A stretch of 64,000 bases of DNA from an uncultured Acidimicrobiaceae bacterium (GCA_937897105.1 CALCBR010000043.1:6021-70020), one strand, 5' to 3'; shown: positions 11,362 through 22,209, numbered from the stretch's first letter. Program-made: numbers and translations. Notes: generated by a model not told the origin, from the letters alone.

Positions 11362-11657
11362 TAGGCCTCCCACTCGAATTGGACGGCCGCACGGTCTTCG
11401 ATGACGTGGGATGTTCGGGCAATCACATCTTTGTGTTCGGGGTGATCGCGATACGCAACATATGAGTCGGCGTCAGCGAAATCAGCGGTGACGACGTAGT
11501 CAAAGTTGCCTTCATTGACCCCCAAATCGGAACCGTGCTCGTAGTTCACGATGACGTCAATCTTTGGCACCATCTCCGTAAGGCCATTCGAAAATGCGCT
11601 GATCTCCTCGGGTGATGCCGACTCCTTGAACCTGAACATCACTGTGTGGCGAATCAT
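11361..11657 (-). CDS. Dabb (stress-responsive dimeric alpha-beta barrel) family protein
   Basis: MIRHTVMFRFK N-terminus typical of Dabb proteins; about 98 aa. The longer ORF start at 11684 is less likely. Confidence 0.7.
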   Translation of the reverse strand: MIRHTVMFRFKESASPEEISAFSNGLTEMVPKIDVIVNYEHGSDLGVNEGNFDYVVTADFADADSYVAYRDHPEHKDVIARTSHVIEDRAAVQFEWEA

Positions 11658-11764
11658 CACAAGCCCCCTTTTCGGTAGAGCCACGGAGTGTGGCTACGAC
11701 CCCCAGCGTAGAATGCGGGGACTCCCCCGGGTAATTCGGGGGTTCCCGCGTCAATGGAGAGAAC

Positions 11765-13312
11765 ATGTTGTATACGAGCCCCCTTCCCGCAGTCGACATC
11801 CCCGTCGCGCCAGTCACTGAGTTTGTGCTTCGTCGGGTAAACGACCACCCGGAAAAGCCGGCGCTCATCGATGGGACTACGGGGCGGACGTATTCGTTCG
11901 CGGAACTCAGTGATGTCATCCACCGCCTCGCCGGTGGTCTCGTCGCTCGCGGCTTCGCTCCTGGCGACACTCTTGCTCTGATGGCTCCCAACCTGCCTGA
12001 GTACGCCATCATCTTCCACGCCGTTGCCGTTGCCGGTGGAGTTGTCACCACGGTGAACCCCACGTACGGCGCAGACGAAGTCGCATTCCAGTTGCGCGAT
12101 GCCGGTGCAACTGAGCTCGTGACCGTCGGAATGTTCGCTGAGGTTGCAAAAGAGGCAATCACAGGAACCGAAATCTCTGAAGTCATCACGATCGATGGCG
12201 TCGCCGGAACAACCGCTCTCGACAGCATCTTTGGTGACCCCATCCAACAGTCGCCAGTGAACCCTGTCGACGATGTCGTCGTATTGCCCTACTCATCGGG
12301 CACGACTGGTTTGCCGAAGGGCGTGATGCTTACCCACCACAATCTTGTCGCAAACATCTGCCAGTGCGACCATGCGATCGTTTACCAGCCTGATGGCGAG
12401 GTGGCGCTTGCCTTCCTTCCGTTCTTCCACATCTACGGCATGCAGGTATTGATGAATGGTTTGCTCGCAAACGGCGTCACGGTGGTCACGCTTCCACGTT
12501 TCGACCTCGATCAGGCACTCTCGCTTGTTCAAGAACACCGCATCACCCGATTCTTCGCAGTGCCTCCGGTCGTACTTGCGTTGGCCAAACACCCTGCGGT
12601 TGATTCATACGATCTCTCATCGCTCGTGCAGGTGTTCTCTGGTGCTGCTCCTCTTGGCGCTGAAATCGCAATGGAGGCTGAGAAGCGCATTGGGTGTGAG
12701 GTCGTGCAGGGTTACGGCATGACGGAGTTGTCCCCCGTCAGTCACACCACACCTCCGGGAATGTTCAAAGCGGGGTCGTCCGGTGTCACGGTCTCAAATA
12801 CCGAAAGCCGCATCGTTGACCCTGACAGTGGGGAAGATCAGCCGTTCGGGGAACGCGGCGAATTGTGGGTTCGTGGCCCGCAAGTCATGAAGGGTTACCT
12901 CAATAATCCTGAGGCGACGGCGGCAACCCTTGATAGCGACGGTTGGCTGCACACTGGTGACGTTGCGATCATCGATGAAGACCATCACATGACGATCGTC
13001 GACCGAGTGAAAGAACTCATCAAGTACAACGGCTTTCAGGTTCCGCCTGCGGAACTTGAGGCTCTCCTCATCACGCACCCCAAAGTGAACGATGTGGCAG
13101 TGATTGGCATTCCTGATGAGTCGGCTGGCGAGCTTCCTAAGGCGTTTATTGTTCGCTCACCTGGCAGTGAGGTGACGGCGGAAGACCTCCAGGCTTTTGT
13201 CGCGGAGCACGTTGCTTCCTATAAGCACATTCGGCTCGTTGAATTCATCGACGAAATTCCAAAGTCGGCTTCGGGCAAAATTCTTCGCCGTTTGCTTCGG
13301 GACCAAGGCTGA
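11765..13312 (+). CDS. AMP-dependent ligase, 4-coumarate-CoA ligase-like
   Basis: [11 protein letters not shown] and GYGMTE motifs; GGAGAG ribosome-binding site upstream of the ATG. Confidence 0.85.
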   Translation: MLYTSPLPAVDIPVAPVTEFVLRRVNDHPEKPALIDGTTGRTYSFAELSDVIHRLAGGLVARGFAPGDTLALMAPNLPEYAIIFHAVAVAGGVVTTVNPTYGADEVAFQLRDAGATELVTVGMFAEVAKEAITGTEISEVITIDGVAGTTALDSIFGDPIQQSPVNPVDDVVVLPYSSGTTGLPKGVMLTHHNLVANICQCDHAIVYQPDGEVALAFLPFFHIYGMQVLMNGLLANGVTVVTLPRFDLDQALSLVQEHRITRFFAVPPVVLALAKHPAVDSYDLSSLVQVFSGAAPLGAEIAMEAEKRIGCEVVQGYGMTELSPVSHTTPPGMFKAGSSGVTVSNTESRIVDPDSGEDQPFGERGELWVRGPQVMKGYLNNPEATAATLDSDGWLHTGDVAIIDEDHHMTIVDRVKELIKYNGFQVPPAELEALLITHPKVNDVAVIGIPDESAGELPKAFIVRSPGSEVTAEDLQAFVAEHVASYKHIRLVEFIDEIPKSASGKILRRLLRDQG

Positions 13313-13322
13313 CATTTCCGCA

Positions 13323-14099
13323 ATGTCATCAACACCAGTTCACACCGATATCACCGATCGTGTGCTGACGATCACTATCGATCGGCCAGAGGTACGAAAT
13401 GCTGTCGATGGTCCGACCGCTGAGGCACTTCACGAGGCGTTTCAGCAACTCGATGGCAATGACGATGTCGACGTCGGCATTTTGACCGGTGCAAATGACA
13501 CGTTTTGCGCAGGAGCCGACCTCAAATCGGTTGCTGGTGGAGCAGGCCCAAGAGTGCACGACGACATGTCGCTCCCAGGCCCACTCGGACCGACACGCAT
13601 GATGACCTCGAAACCACTCATCGCCGCGGTCGAGGGCTATGCCGTTGCGGGAGGCCTCGAGTTGGCGCTGCTGTGCGATCTTCGTGTGGCTGCGACCAAT
13701 GCGGTATTTGGCGTGTTCTGTCGTCGGTGGGGCGTGCCGCTCGTCGACGGAGGAACGATTCGCTTACCCCGCCTCATTGGTCACTCTCATGCGATGGACC
13801 TCATCCTGACTGGCCGCGGCGTGTCAGGCGAAGAGGCCAAAATGATGGGGCTCGCGAACCGACTTTGTGAACCTGGAGAGGCACTCTCAGATGCTCGGAA
13901 GCTTGCTCTTCAACTCGCTGGCTTCCCTCAAGGATGCATGAGGTCTGATCGAGAGTCGGCGTATTCACAATGGGACCTTGGGCTCGATGCGGCACTCAAA
14001 AACGAGACCCGGCTTGGCCTGCAGGTCATTCGCTCAGGTGAAACCCGCGACGGCGCAACTCGGTTCGCCAAGGGTGAAGGGCGCCACGGCGCGTTCTAA
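13323..14099 (+). CDS. Enoyl-CoA hydratase/isomerase (crotonase) family protein
   Basis: Crotonase motifs (ITIDRPEVRNA, FCAGADL, AAVEGYAVAGG). ATG at 13323 chosen because it lies downstream of the preceding gene's stop. Confidence 0.85.
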   Translation: MSSTPVHTDITDRVLTITIDRPEVRNAVDGPTAEALHEAFQQLDGNDDVDVGILTGANDTFCAGADLKSVAGGAGPRVHDDMSLPGPLGPTRMMTSKPLIAAVEGYAVAGGLELALLCDLRVAATNAVFGVFCRRWGVPLVDGGTIRLPRLIGHSHAMDLILTGRGVSGEEAKMMGLANRLCEPGEALSDARKLALQLAGFPQGCMRSDRESAYSQWDLGLDAALKNETRLGLQVIRSGETRDGATRFAKGEGRHGAF

Positions 14100-14174
14100 C
14101 CGCTCGACAGCACAGGGCACGTTGGTGCGCAATGGCCACGCAACTCCTGTGTCGTACTGAATCTGAACTTGCTG

Positions 14175-15767
14175 CTACTCGGTGATTGGCTCCAACAGTT
14201 TGCGAAGTTCTGCCTTCGCGATCTTCTCAAGGGTTGAACGAGGCAGTTCGTCAACCACTCGAACCGTACGGGGCACCTTGAAATCGGCGAGATCGCGTTG
14301 ACATGCGGCGATGATCTCATCTGCGACATCGCTGCCCGCTGACGCTGACGGAATCAAGAACACCGCGGGCACCTCGTCAAGCATGTAATGCGGTTGAGCC
14401 ACTACCGCGCATTCACTCACCAAACCGGTTGCCATGATCACCGACTCGATTTCTGATGCAGCCACGTTCTCTGCGCCCACCTTCAACATGTCCTTCAAGC
14501 GGTCGCCAAAAATGAGATCGCCAGCATCATTCATGATGATCGAGTCACCTGTTGCGAACCAGCCATCATCATCAAACGAATCGCTTGTCGCTTCGGGGTT
14601 GCCGGCGTATTCCTTAAACAGTGACACCCCGCGGATACCCCGAATAAAGAGCTCACCGCTCTCACCTGGACCGATGTGGGTTCCATCGGGCCGACGTACA
14701 TTGATCTCGTAGGCCGGTGATGCCCGTCCAATCGTGTACGGAGCACAAGGTTCATCTGGGTCTCCAACAATGCCCTGGGTGATGGTTTCTGTCATTCCCC
14801 ACCATCCAAAGGTGGTGACCCCGATGCGCTGTTCGACCTCGGGCATGCGAACTGCACAACCCCAGAATCGGAAATGATGATCTTGAGGAATTTCGCCAGC
14901 GAGAATTGCCTTCACGCAGAATGGGATCGTTGAAACCCATGTGACGCTGTTGCGAAGTGCCACGTCCCAGAAGCGAGAGGCCGAAAACCGTGGCTGGACA
15001 ACCATGGTTCCGCCCGACCAGAGGGTCGACAGCATCGAATACGACTGCGCGTTCGTGTGGAAGAGCGGCAAAATGACCTGAGTGGTGTCTGCGGAGGTCA
15101 ACCGCATGTGAGCACAGTTCATCTGCATTCCCCAGATCACGTTGGCATGCGTCCACAGCACTGCCTTCGGCCGAGATGTTGTGCCAGAGGTGAATTGGAT
15201 ACCAAGGTCCGCGAGTGGATCTACCGGCCGTTCTGGTGCGGTAGCGCCCTCGGCCATGACATCTTCAAAGCGTTCATAATCGATTCCGTCGGGCACGCTG
15301 CTCGGCGTTCCCGCATCGGTCGATGACAAGATCAAGAACCGAATCATCGGAGCAGCATCACGAACAAGTTCAGCAAACCCTGGCGAGGTGATCGCACCCA
15401 CCACACCGGCATGCTCAGCGAAGTACTCCATGTCACGGGCAACCGAGCGCGTATTTGTTGACACTGCGACCGCCCCCAGGCGCGCACACGCGAACCAAGA
15501 GATGACAAATTCGGGTGAGTTGTCGAGATGAACGAGGACCCGGTCACCAATCTGCACCCCACGTGAATGCAATGCCCCTGCTAGCGATTCGACCGCTGCA
15601 CCGAACTGTGCGTATGAATACGTTGCCGGCGACCCCTCGAAAGGTTCCCACACCATGAATGGCTTATCTCCATATGTTGCAACGCGAGATGCCAACACAG
15701 AAGGGACGTCACGCCCTTCGACCATCGCCCATTTGCCCGCATCAATTCGATCTCGAAGATCGCTCAT
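14175..15767 (-). CDS. AMP-dependent acyl-CoA synthetase/ligase
   Basis: FTSGTTSRPKA AMP-binding motif; 530 aa. Confidence 0.8.
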   Translation of the reverse strand: MSDLRDRIDAGKWAMVEGRDVPSVLASRVATYGDKPFMVWEPFEGSPATYSYAQFGAAVESLAGALHSRGVQIGDRVLVHLDNSPEFVISWFACARLGAVAVSTNTRSVARDMEYFAEHAGVVGAITSPGFAELVRDAAPMIRFLILSSTDAGTPSSVPDGIDYERFEDVMAEGATAPERPVDPLADLGIQFTSGTTSRPKAVLWTHANVIWGMQMNCAHMRLTSADTTQVILPLFHTNAQSYSMLSTLWSGGTMVVQPRFSASRFWDVALRNSVTWVSTIPFCVKAILAGEIPQDHHFRFWGCAVRMPEVEQRIGVTTFGWWGMTETITQGIVGDPDEPCAPYTIGRASPAYEINVRRPDGTHIGPGESGELFIRGIRGVSLFKEYAGNPEATSDSFDDDGWFATGDSIIMNDAGDLIFGDRLKDMLKVGAENVAASEIESVIMATGLVSECAVVAQPHYMLDEVPAVFLIPSASAGSDVADEIIAACQRDLADFKVPRTVRVVDELPRSTLEKIAKAELRKLLEPITE

Positions 15768-15884
15768 ATCAATGATTCCCCCAGTTAGATGTCCGCCCGT
15801 GACCGTTAACGCTCAAAAGCGTAGGACGGCACCGCAGATTGCTAGGAATCAGAACACGGGAACCGCTTCTGCGAGACTTACGAG

Positions 15885-16802
15885 ATGGCAAACCCGTTCT
15901 CTGGATTCACTCAACGAGAAGACGACATCGTGATGGGCGACTGGCGATCTCCTCGACAGATGCTGCACGACCAGACCTATGACGGCCACGTGAGCGTGCA
16001 CGATGACTCGATGGCTGAAGGGCTCGGTCTTCCCGGCGCCCCGATCGAAGGCCCGACCCATTTCAGCCAACTTGATCTTCTCGCCTACGAAATGTTTGGG
16101 GATGAATGGTTCGTCACCGGATGTGTGAGCTCACATTTTGAAAACATGGTGATCGAGGGAGAAAAGGTAAAAGCCTTTGCCCGTCAAGTTGGCGACCACA
16201 CCGCCGAGGCATGGGCAGAGAAAGAAAACGGCGATCGCGTGCTCACGGCATCGTTGACCGTGAAGAATGCCAATACAGCTCTATCTGAACGGCTCAGCAC
16301 TGCCCAAGAAAAAGATCCTGGGGAGCTCTTCATCATCGATCGTCTCGAACTCGGAATGACAACAGGGCCCGACAACGCCACACTCACCATGAACGAACAT
16401 AACGGCGACATGTATCCGTTCTCACTTGCAGAGAAACTCACCTCGATTACCGAGCCGTGCCAGTGGTATTTCGACGACAACTCCAGCCCGTGGCAACTCC
16501 CCGTCGTGCCGTCGGAGATGTTGAGCGTCATGGGGCACCGAGGCGGATCGCATCTACCGGTTCGCGGCCCATCGGTAGGACTCTTCATCGATCTCGAGGT
16601 TCGCCGACGTCAGCCAGTACTCGTAGGTGCGGAGTATTCGGTGACCCACGAAGTTGTCGCCATGGGCCAGAGTCGACGAGTCGAGTCATATTGGACCCGC
16701 TCCTCACTCGTTGACGACGAGGGCACCGCTATCGCTGACGTGCTGCTTCACCAAGGGGTCTTCAAGGCGTCATATGAGGATTACCCCACATCGACGACAT
16801 AG
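15885..16802 (+). CDS. MaoC-like (double hotdog) dehydratase-family protein, function unknown
   Basis: Segment HDDSMAEGLGLPGAPIEGPTHFS resembles the hydratase-2/MaoC motif. The 305-aa length fits a fused double hotdog. Assignment is by eye only. Confidence 0.5.
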   Translation: MANPFSGFTQREDDIVMGDWRSPRQMLHDQTYDGHVSVHDDSMAEGLGLPGAPIEGPTHFSQLDLLAYEMFGDEWFVTGCVSSHFENMVIEGEKVKAFARQVGDHTAEAWAEKENGDRVLTASLTVKNANTALSERLSTAQEKDPGELFIIDRLELGMTTGPDNATLTMNEHNGDMYPFSLAEKLTSITEPCQWYFDDNSSPWQLPVVPSEMLSVMGHRGGSHLPVRGPSVGLFIDLEVRRRQPVLVGAEYSVTHEVVAMGQSRRVESYWTRSSLVDDEGTAIADVLLHQGVFKASYEDYPTSTT

Positions 16803-16846
16803 AAGCCCTAGGCCATCACGCACGCTTCGAACTTCTCTCGATCTCG

Positions 16847-18331
16847 TCACGTCGGCCACGTGGCGGTTTCTGGGTGAATACCCGACCACGCAAACCAAAA
16901 ACTCCGTCCCGAGACGATTCGCGTCGCAACCGATCCGTCGGCCAGCTGCACTTCGGTAGAGAGTGAACCGCCATCAACGATGTCGACCTGCTGTAGGTGC
17001 TCGAGACTTCCCTCAGTCAGCACAAACATGCGTGCGCCCGACGAGTGCGGAACGATAACGAGCGTCTCGCTTCCGATGACGAATGCAAATGGTGGGCGAT
17101 CGCTGAGCTCATCGAGGCCGAATGCGACAGACCCGCCAGGGCGAGTCACGGTGACGACAACCTCCATCTCTTCGAACGGCCCTTGGGTTTCAAACGTTGG
17201 AAACCAGAGCCGGTTTCCTTCGTAGTACGACGAGTATGCCGAGCCAGGGGTGTAGTCATAGGCGATGGGCGGCCGCTCCGGATTATCTGCGAAATAGATC
17301 GGAGTCGGGGTGTCAAGAACATCAGAATCTGGATGCTCAGCAACCCAGTCACTCCAGCGAATCGTTGTCATTGGCATGACCTCAAGTGTCGTGCCTTTCA
17401 ACGGGCCCGAGATCGCTTGACCGGTGAGATGGTGCCAGAGCGAATCGGTCTGGCGGTCGACCATCAACTTGTTCGAATCGAGCAATAGACCCGACGTCTC
17501 AAAATCAAGAACGCGTCCGTCTACTCTGCGATCAAATACCCACCCGGTGCGACACAGCGTGCAAAACACGACCGACACCGGAACCGAACCAATCGTGTCG
17601 TTTGCCAGTTCGTGACGAGCGAGGAACCGAAGGGGGTAGGCAACGGCAATACCGTCAACGACCGCCCCGAGAACGAGTTCTTCATCGGTCATGAATGTCG
17701 CTTGACCTGCTTCGAGCCGTAAAGGGTCGTTCAACTCAGGAATTCCACCTCGGCGAACACCTCCCCACATGATCCCTGCAAGTTGAAGTTCGTCGTCAAC
17801 CTCGGCAAGGAGTTCCTCATACACATCGTCAACGGTGGCGAAGAGCGTCTCTTTCCACCGGCGATATCCCGCACCCGGGTTGATCTCTTCAGTTCTCGCC
17901 CAAGTCCCGTACATCACCAGGTCGTCGATCGGGTGGTTTTTCGCCTCAAGGCCACTCAATGTCTGAAGTGCACGGGCGGTAGAGCGCTGAGTGCCTGTGC
18001 TCCCTCCGAGACGCATGAGATCTAACAACCAGGGCGCCCACCTTCTGTCACCTGAGAGACCCATGTCACCAGCGATGTTTTCGCCAAACACGCTGTTCGG
18101 GGCTGCAAGAAACTCATCGATTTTTCCCTCTAACGAAAGTTGGAGAAACGGGACTCCTGATGGAGTCTCGGGCACGAAATCGTCTGCCTCCTCAGCCTCG
18201 ACGATGTCGGTCTCGCGAAGTGCCTGTGCATCGGTTGCGGCCGTGCGGTCTTCCTCTGCGGAGTTTGAGGTCGTGCAGCCGGCGAACAGCACTGCTGATC
18301 CGATGAGAAGCCTCAGCGTCTTCATCTGCAT
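16847..18331 (-). CDS. DUF3179-family lipoprotein with ~190-aa N-terminal extension
   Basis: The start at MQMKTLRLLIGSAVLFAGC has a lipobox and is preceded by a GGAGGA ribosome-binding site. DUF3179-type core: VVFCTLCRTGWVF...SGLLLDSNKLMVDRQTDSLW. Confidence 0.7.
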   Translation of the reverse strand: MQMKTLRLLIGSAVLFAGCTTSNSAEEDRTAATDAQALRETDIVEAEEADDFVPETPSGVPFLQLSLEGKIDEFLAAPNSVFGENIAGDMGLSGDRRWAPWLLDLMRLGGSTGTQRSTARALQTLSGLEAKNHPIDDLVMYGTWARTEEINPGAGYRRWKETLFATVDDVYEELLAEVDDELQLAGIMWGGVRRGGIPELNDPLRLEAGQATFMTDEELVLGAVVDGIAVAYPLRFLARHELANDTIGSVPVSVVFCTLCRTGWVFDRRVDGRVLDFETSGLLLDSNKLMVDRQTDSLWHHLTGQAISGPLKGTTLEVMPMTTIRWSDWVAEHPDSDVLDTPTPIYFADNPERPPIAYDYTPGSAYSSYYEGNRLWFPTFETQGPFEEMEVVVTVTRPGGSVAFGLDELSDRPPFAFVIGSETLVIVPHSSGARMFVLTEGSLEHLQQVDIVDGGSLSTEVQLADGSVATRIVSGRSFWFAWSGIHPETATWPT

Positions 18332-18440
18332 GCTCTCTCCTCCCCACTGGGACGACTGCCCGACACTCACAACGTACCGGAGGCTCACGGCACCACGAGG
18401 TCGGGTTATCCGTCGCCACTCGCACGTATCCTGATCGGTC

Positions 18441-20087
18441 ATGAGTGAAACGATTCACGTGAGCGCCGGAAATGAATGGTGGCGAAACGCTGTGGTCTAC
18501 CAGGTGTACCCCCGTTCATTCGCTGATGCGAATGGCGACGGGACTGGTGATGTCGAGGGCATTCGCTCGCGTATTCCCTACCTCGCCAAGCTCGGCATTG
18601 ACGCGATTTGGATGAATCCTTGGTACCCGTCACCGCTCCTCGATGGCGGGTACGACGTCGCTGATTACCGTTCGATCGCCCCAATGTTTGGCTCACTTGA
18701 CGACGCACAAGCACTGATCGAGGACGCTCACAGCGCCGGCATCAAGGTCATTGTTGATCTTGTCCCTAACCACACTTCTTGGGATCATGAATGGTTCGTC
18801 GAAGCTCTCGCTGCCGCACCCGGGAGCCCGGCACGAGACCGCTACATTTTCCGCGAAGGCAAGGGAACCAACGGAGAACTCCCGCCAACAAATTGGTCGT
18901 CAGTGTTTGGGGGCCCTGCGTGGAGTCGCTGTGATGACGGCCAGTGGTATCTCCACCTGTTCGATATCAGCCAACCCGACCTCAACTGGCACCACCCGGA
19001 GGTTCGAGCAGAGTTTCGCGACATCTTTCGCTTCTGGATCGATCACGGAGTCGACGGATTTCGCGTTGACGTCGCACATGGACTCATCAAAGATCTGTCA
19101 TTCCCAGATCTCGACCTTGCAAGCGAAATTCTTACCGTTGGACATATCGATAATCACCCGCACTGGGATCGAGATGAGGTGCACGACATCATCCGCGAAT
19201 GGCGTGCGGTTCTCAACGAAAAAGAGGCGGAGTACAACAAAGACCTCATGATGGTGGCCGAGGCTTGGGTGAAAGCAGAAAGTGTGCCGCTCTACCTGCG
19301 ACCTGATGAGTACCACCAATCATTCAATTTTGACTTCGTTGGATGCCCCTGGGACGTTGACCAAATGCGGTCCTCTATCGCCCGTGCGCTCGTCGACGCC
19401 GCATCGGTGAGTTCGTCGGCGACCTGGGTGCTGTCAAATCACGATGTGTTACGCCACCCAACGCGCTACGGCCTACCCGCTGGCACCGACTACCAAGAGT
19501 GGCTGATGACGGGACCAACCGAACTCTGCGATCAGGAACTCGGCACTCAACGAGGCTTAGCGGTCATCATGATGTTGCTTGCTCTGCCGGGTTCGACCTA
19601 CATCTATCAAGGCGAAGAGCTCGGACTTCACGAGGTGCCTGATCTTCCCCACGACGTTCTCGACGATCCGGTGTGGCGCCGCTCAGAGAACACTCGCAAA
19701 GGGCGCGATGGCTGCCGGGTTCCAATTCCATGGACGCAAACCGGTCCATCATTTGGGTTTGGTGAGAGCACCCCGTGGCTTCCACAGCCTGCGCACTTTG
19801 GCGACCAGTCGGTCGAAGCCCAAGACGGAGTCGACGGATCGGTACTCGAGCTCTATCGATCTGCTCTCGCACTACGGTCAGCTCATTGGGTTGAATGCGG
19901 CGATCTCACCTGGCTCAACGTCGATCGCAACGCCATTGCATTTGAACGCAACGGGTATGCCTCCATCACCAACTTCGGTGACAGCAACATTGCTCTGCCA
20001 CCTGGTGAGGTGATGCTCACCTCGTCTCAGCCGGCGCACCAAGATCAACTCGCACCAAACACCACCGTGTGGTTGCGCCTCACATGA
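18441..20087 (+). CDS. GH13 alpha-glucosidase / oligo-1,6-glucosidase-like
   Basis: GH13 conserved regions (DLVPNHTS, GFRVDVAHG, EAW, SNHD); 548 aa. Confidence 0.85.
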   Translation: MSETIHVSAGNEWWRNAVVYQVYPRSFADANGDGTGDVEGIRSRIPYLAKLGIDAIWMNPWYPSPLLDGGYDVADYRSIAPMFGSLDDAQALIEDAHSAGIKVIVDLVPNHTSWDHEWFVEALAAAPGSPARDRYIFREGKGTNGELPPTNWSSVFGGPAWSRCDDGQWYLHLFDISQPDLNWHHPEVRAEFRDIFRFWIDHGVDGFRVDVAHGLIKDLSFPDLDLASEILTVGHIDNHPHWDRDEVHDIIREWRAVLNEKEAEYNKDLMMVAEAWVKAESVPLYLRPDEYHQSFNFDFVGCPWDVDQMRSSIARALVDAASVSSSATWVLSNHDVLRHPTRYGLPAGTDYQEWLMTGPTELCDQELGTQRGLAVIMMLLALPGSTYIYQGEELGLHEVPDLPHDVLDDPVWRRSENTRKGRDGCRVPIPWTQTGPSFGFGESTPWLPQPAHFGDQSVEAQDGVDGSVLELYRSALALRSAHWVECGDLTWLNVDRNAIAFERNGYASITNFGDSNIALPPGEVMLTSSQPAHQDQLAPNTTVWLRLT

Positions 20088-20095
20088 GCTAAAGA

Positions 20096-21343
20096 TCAGC
20101 CAAATGAGTTGAGTGCGTCGACCGTGATGTCAACGATGCGATCGATGTGATCGTCGGTTACCACCATCGGCGGCGCAAACAGCAACGCGTCAGCCACGGC
20201 AGGCCCAGACCCCGCGGGATAGACCCACATTCCTCGCTGCACGCACGCTTCAACGGCTTCCACCGCACTCAGGCCGGCGAGTTCAACGCCGATCATGAGG
20301 CCACGGCCGCGAATTTCGGTCACCCTGGAGTGGCCATCGAGCGCGCTCGACAACGCCGACTGCATTCGGTCGCCCATCACCTTCGCTCGGTCGACGAGTT
20401 GCTCACGTTCCATGACCTCGAGAACGGCAAGCGCCCCGGCGCACATTGCGTCTGGGCCTGAATAGGTGAAGAACATCACGTTCCCACCAGCATCGGAGAT
20501 CGACCCGGTGACCTCGTCAGATGCGGTCACCATCGACATCGGGACATAGCCACCCCCGAGGCCCTTCGCCGAGACAAGAATGTCAGGCTGCACCGGATCG
20601 TGCTCATGCCCCCATGTAAGACCTGTTCGGCCAAACCCGGTCATCACCTCATCTGCAATGAAGAGCACTCCGTAGTGCTGGCAGACCTCCATCACTTGCT
20701 GCCAATAATCTTCGTTCGCAACAAGCGCTCCGGCCGAGGCACCGATAATTGGTTCAGCCATAAACGCAGAAACGGTCTCTGGGCCCGCTGCCTCAATTGC
20801 TGCCGCCAAAGCAGATGCATCATTCCATGGAACTTTTGGCCACTCGGCAAGCAACGGGTCAAGGCCCGAGCGACGTGCCATGTGCCCGCCAATGCCGAGC
20901 GTGGCGATCGTCGCTCCGTGGTAGCTCGGCAGTCGGGCGATCACCTTATAACGCTGGTCATCTCCACGGCTGAGGTGATACTGGCGAGCAACTCGAACCG
21001 CAGTGTCGGTGGCTTCTGATCCTCCGCCAGCGAAGTACACGTGCCCGAATCCTTCTGGAAGCCAGTTGTTGACAAGCCGATCAACAAGAGCGACCCGGTT
21101 CGGCGTTGCCCACGTTGGAACCACGTAGTCAATCGACCGCATTGCGGTTGCAACGGCATCCGCAATTTCTCCTCGGCCGTGCCCGATATTGGTCACCACC
21201 GCACCTCCTGCGGCATCGATGACCCTCTCGCCATCTTCGAGGATGAGTTCCACCCCGTCGGTCTCGACTACAACAGGAGGACGACTTGCAGGTCGAGTGA
21301 ACGGATAGCGGTCGACCGATGATTCCGGAAGTGTCTGCGACAT
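20096..21343 (-). CDS. Class III (omega) aminotransferase
   Basis: PLP class III aminotransferase features (FFAGGGSEATDTA-like and ADEVMTGFGRTG). Start taken at MSQTLPE. Confidence 0.8.
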   Translation of the reverse strand: MSQTLPESSVDRYPFTRPASRPPVVVETDGVELILEDGERVIDAAGGAVVTNIGHGRGEIADAVATAMRSIDYVVPTWATPNRVALVDRLVNNWLPEGFGHVYFAGGGSEATDTAVRVARQYHLSRGDDQRYKVIARLPSYHGATIATLGIGGHMARRSGLDPLLAEWPKVPWNDASALAAAIEAAGPETVSAFMAEPIIGASAGALVANEDYWQQVMEVCQHYGVLFIADEVMTGFGRTGLTWGHEHDPVQPDILVSAKGLGGGYVPMSMVTASDEVTGSISDAGGNVMFFTYSGPDAMCAGALAVLEVMEREQLVDRAKVMGDRMQSALSSALDGHSRVTEIRGRGLMIGVELAGLSAVEAVEACVQRGMWVYPAGSGPAVADALLFAPPMVVTDDHIDRIVDITVDALNSFG

Positions 21344-21465
21344 AGAGCACATTCTTCCATAACGACACGAGCCCCGTGCATACGCGTCAATCGAGCAAAG
21401 AAGCCTCGTTGGATGCATCATTCTCCGGCTCACGCCTGCACGGCGGCATCTGACACACTCCCACT

Positions 21466-22209
21466 ATGAGCAACAACGAATTTGCAGGCCGCGTCGCCAT
21501 CGTCACAGGATCATCATCAGGCATCGGTGAGGCCACCGCCCACCGGCTGTCAGAGCTCGGTGCCACCGTCGTCGTCAACTCGGCCAACTCAGTCGAAGCT
21601 GGCCAAAACGTCTCAGACGCCCTCCCCGGTGAGTCGTGCTACATCCAGGCTGACATCGCCGACCAGGCACAAGGCCATGCACTCATCGATTCGACGATCG
21701 AGCGCTACGGCCAACTCGATTTTCTTATCAATAACGCTGGCTGGACAACGCTCGTGCCTCACGATGACCTTGAAGCTCTTACCGATGAGATCTTCAAAAA
21801 GACATTCGATGTCAACGTGTTTGGCACCTGGTGGCTCACCAAGTACGCAATGCCACATTTGAAGCAATCCGAGGACGGCAATGTCATCAACGTCACCTCG
21901 ATTGCTGGTGTTCGTCAGGTTGGCTCATCTGTTGCTTACGCAATGACGAAGATCGCTCTCAATCACATGACGCAATTGCTTGCCAAGGTGTCAGGGCCGG
22001 TGCGAGTGAATGCAATTGCCCCAGGGCTCGTTGCGACCCCGTGGACTGACGACTGGGATGACCAGCACGCAATGATTTCGAAGACCGCACCCCTCGGCCG
22101 CTCAGCAACACCCGATGACTGCGCCGAGTCGATGCTCGGGCTACTGCGCTCAAAGTACGTGACCGGAGCCGTGCTCGTGGTCGACGGCGGAACCACCCTT
22201 CGAATCTGA
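21466..22209 (+). CDS. Short-chain dehydrogenase/reductase
   Basis: TGSSSGIG, NNAG and YAMTK motifs. Confidence 0.85.
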   Translation: MSNNEFAGRVAIVTGSSSGIGEATAHRLSELGATVVVNSANSVEAGQNVSDALPGESCYIQADIADQAQGHALIDSTIERYGQLDFLINNAGWTTLVPHDDLEALTDEIFKKTFDVNVFGTWWLTKYAMPHLKQSEDGNVINVTSIAGVRQVGSSVAYAMTKIALNHMTQLLAKVSGPVRVNAIAPGLVATPWTDDWDDQHAMISKTAPLGRSATPDDCAESMLGLLRSKYVTGAVLVVDGGTTLRI

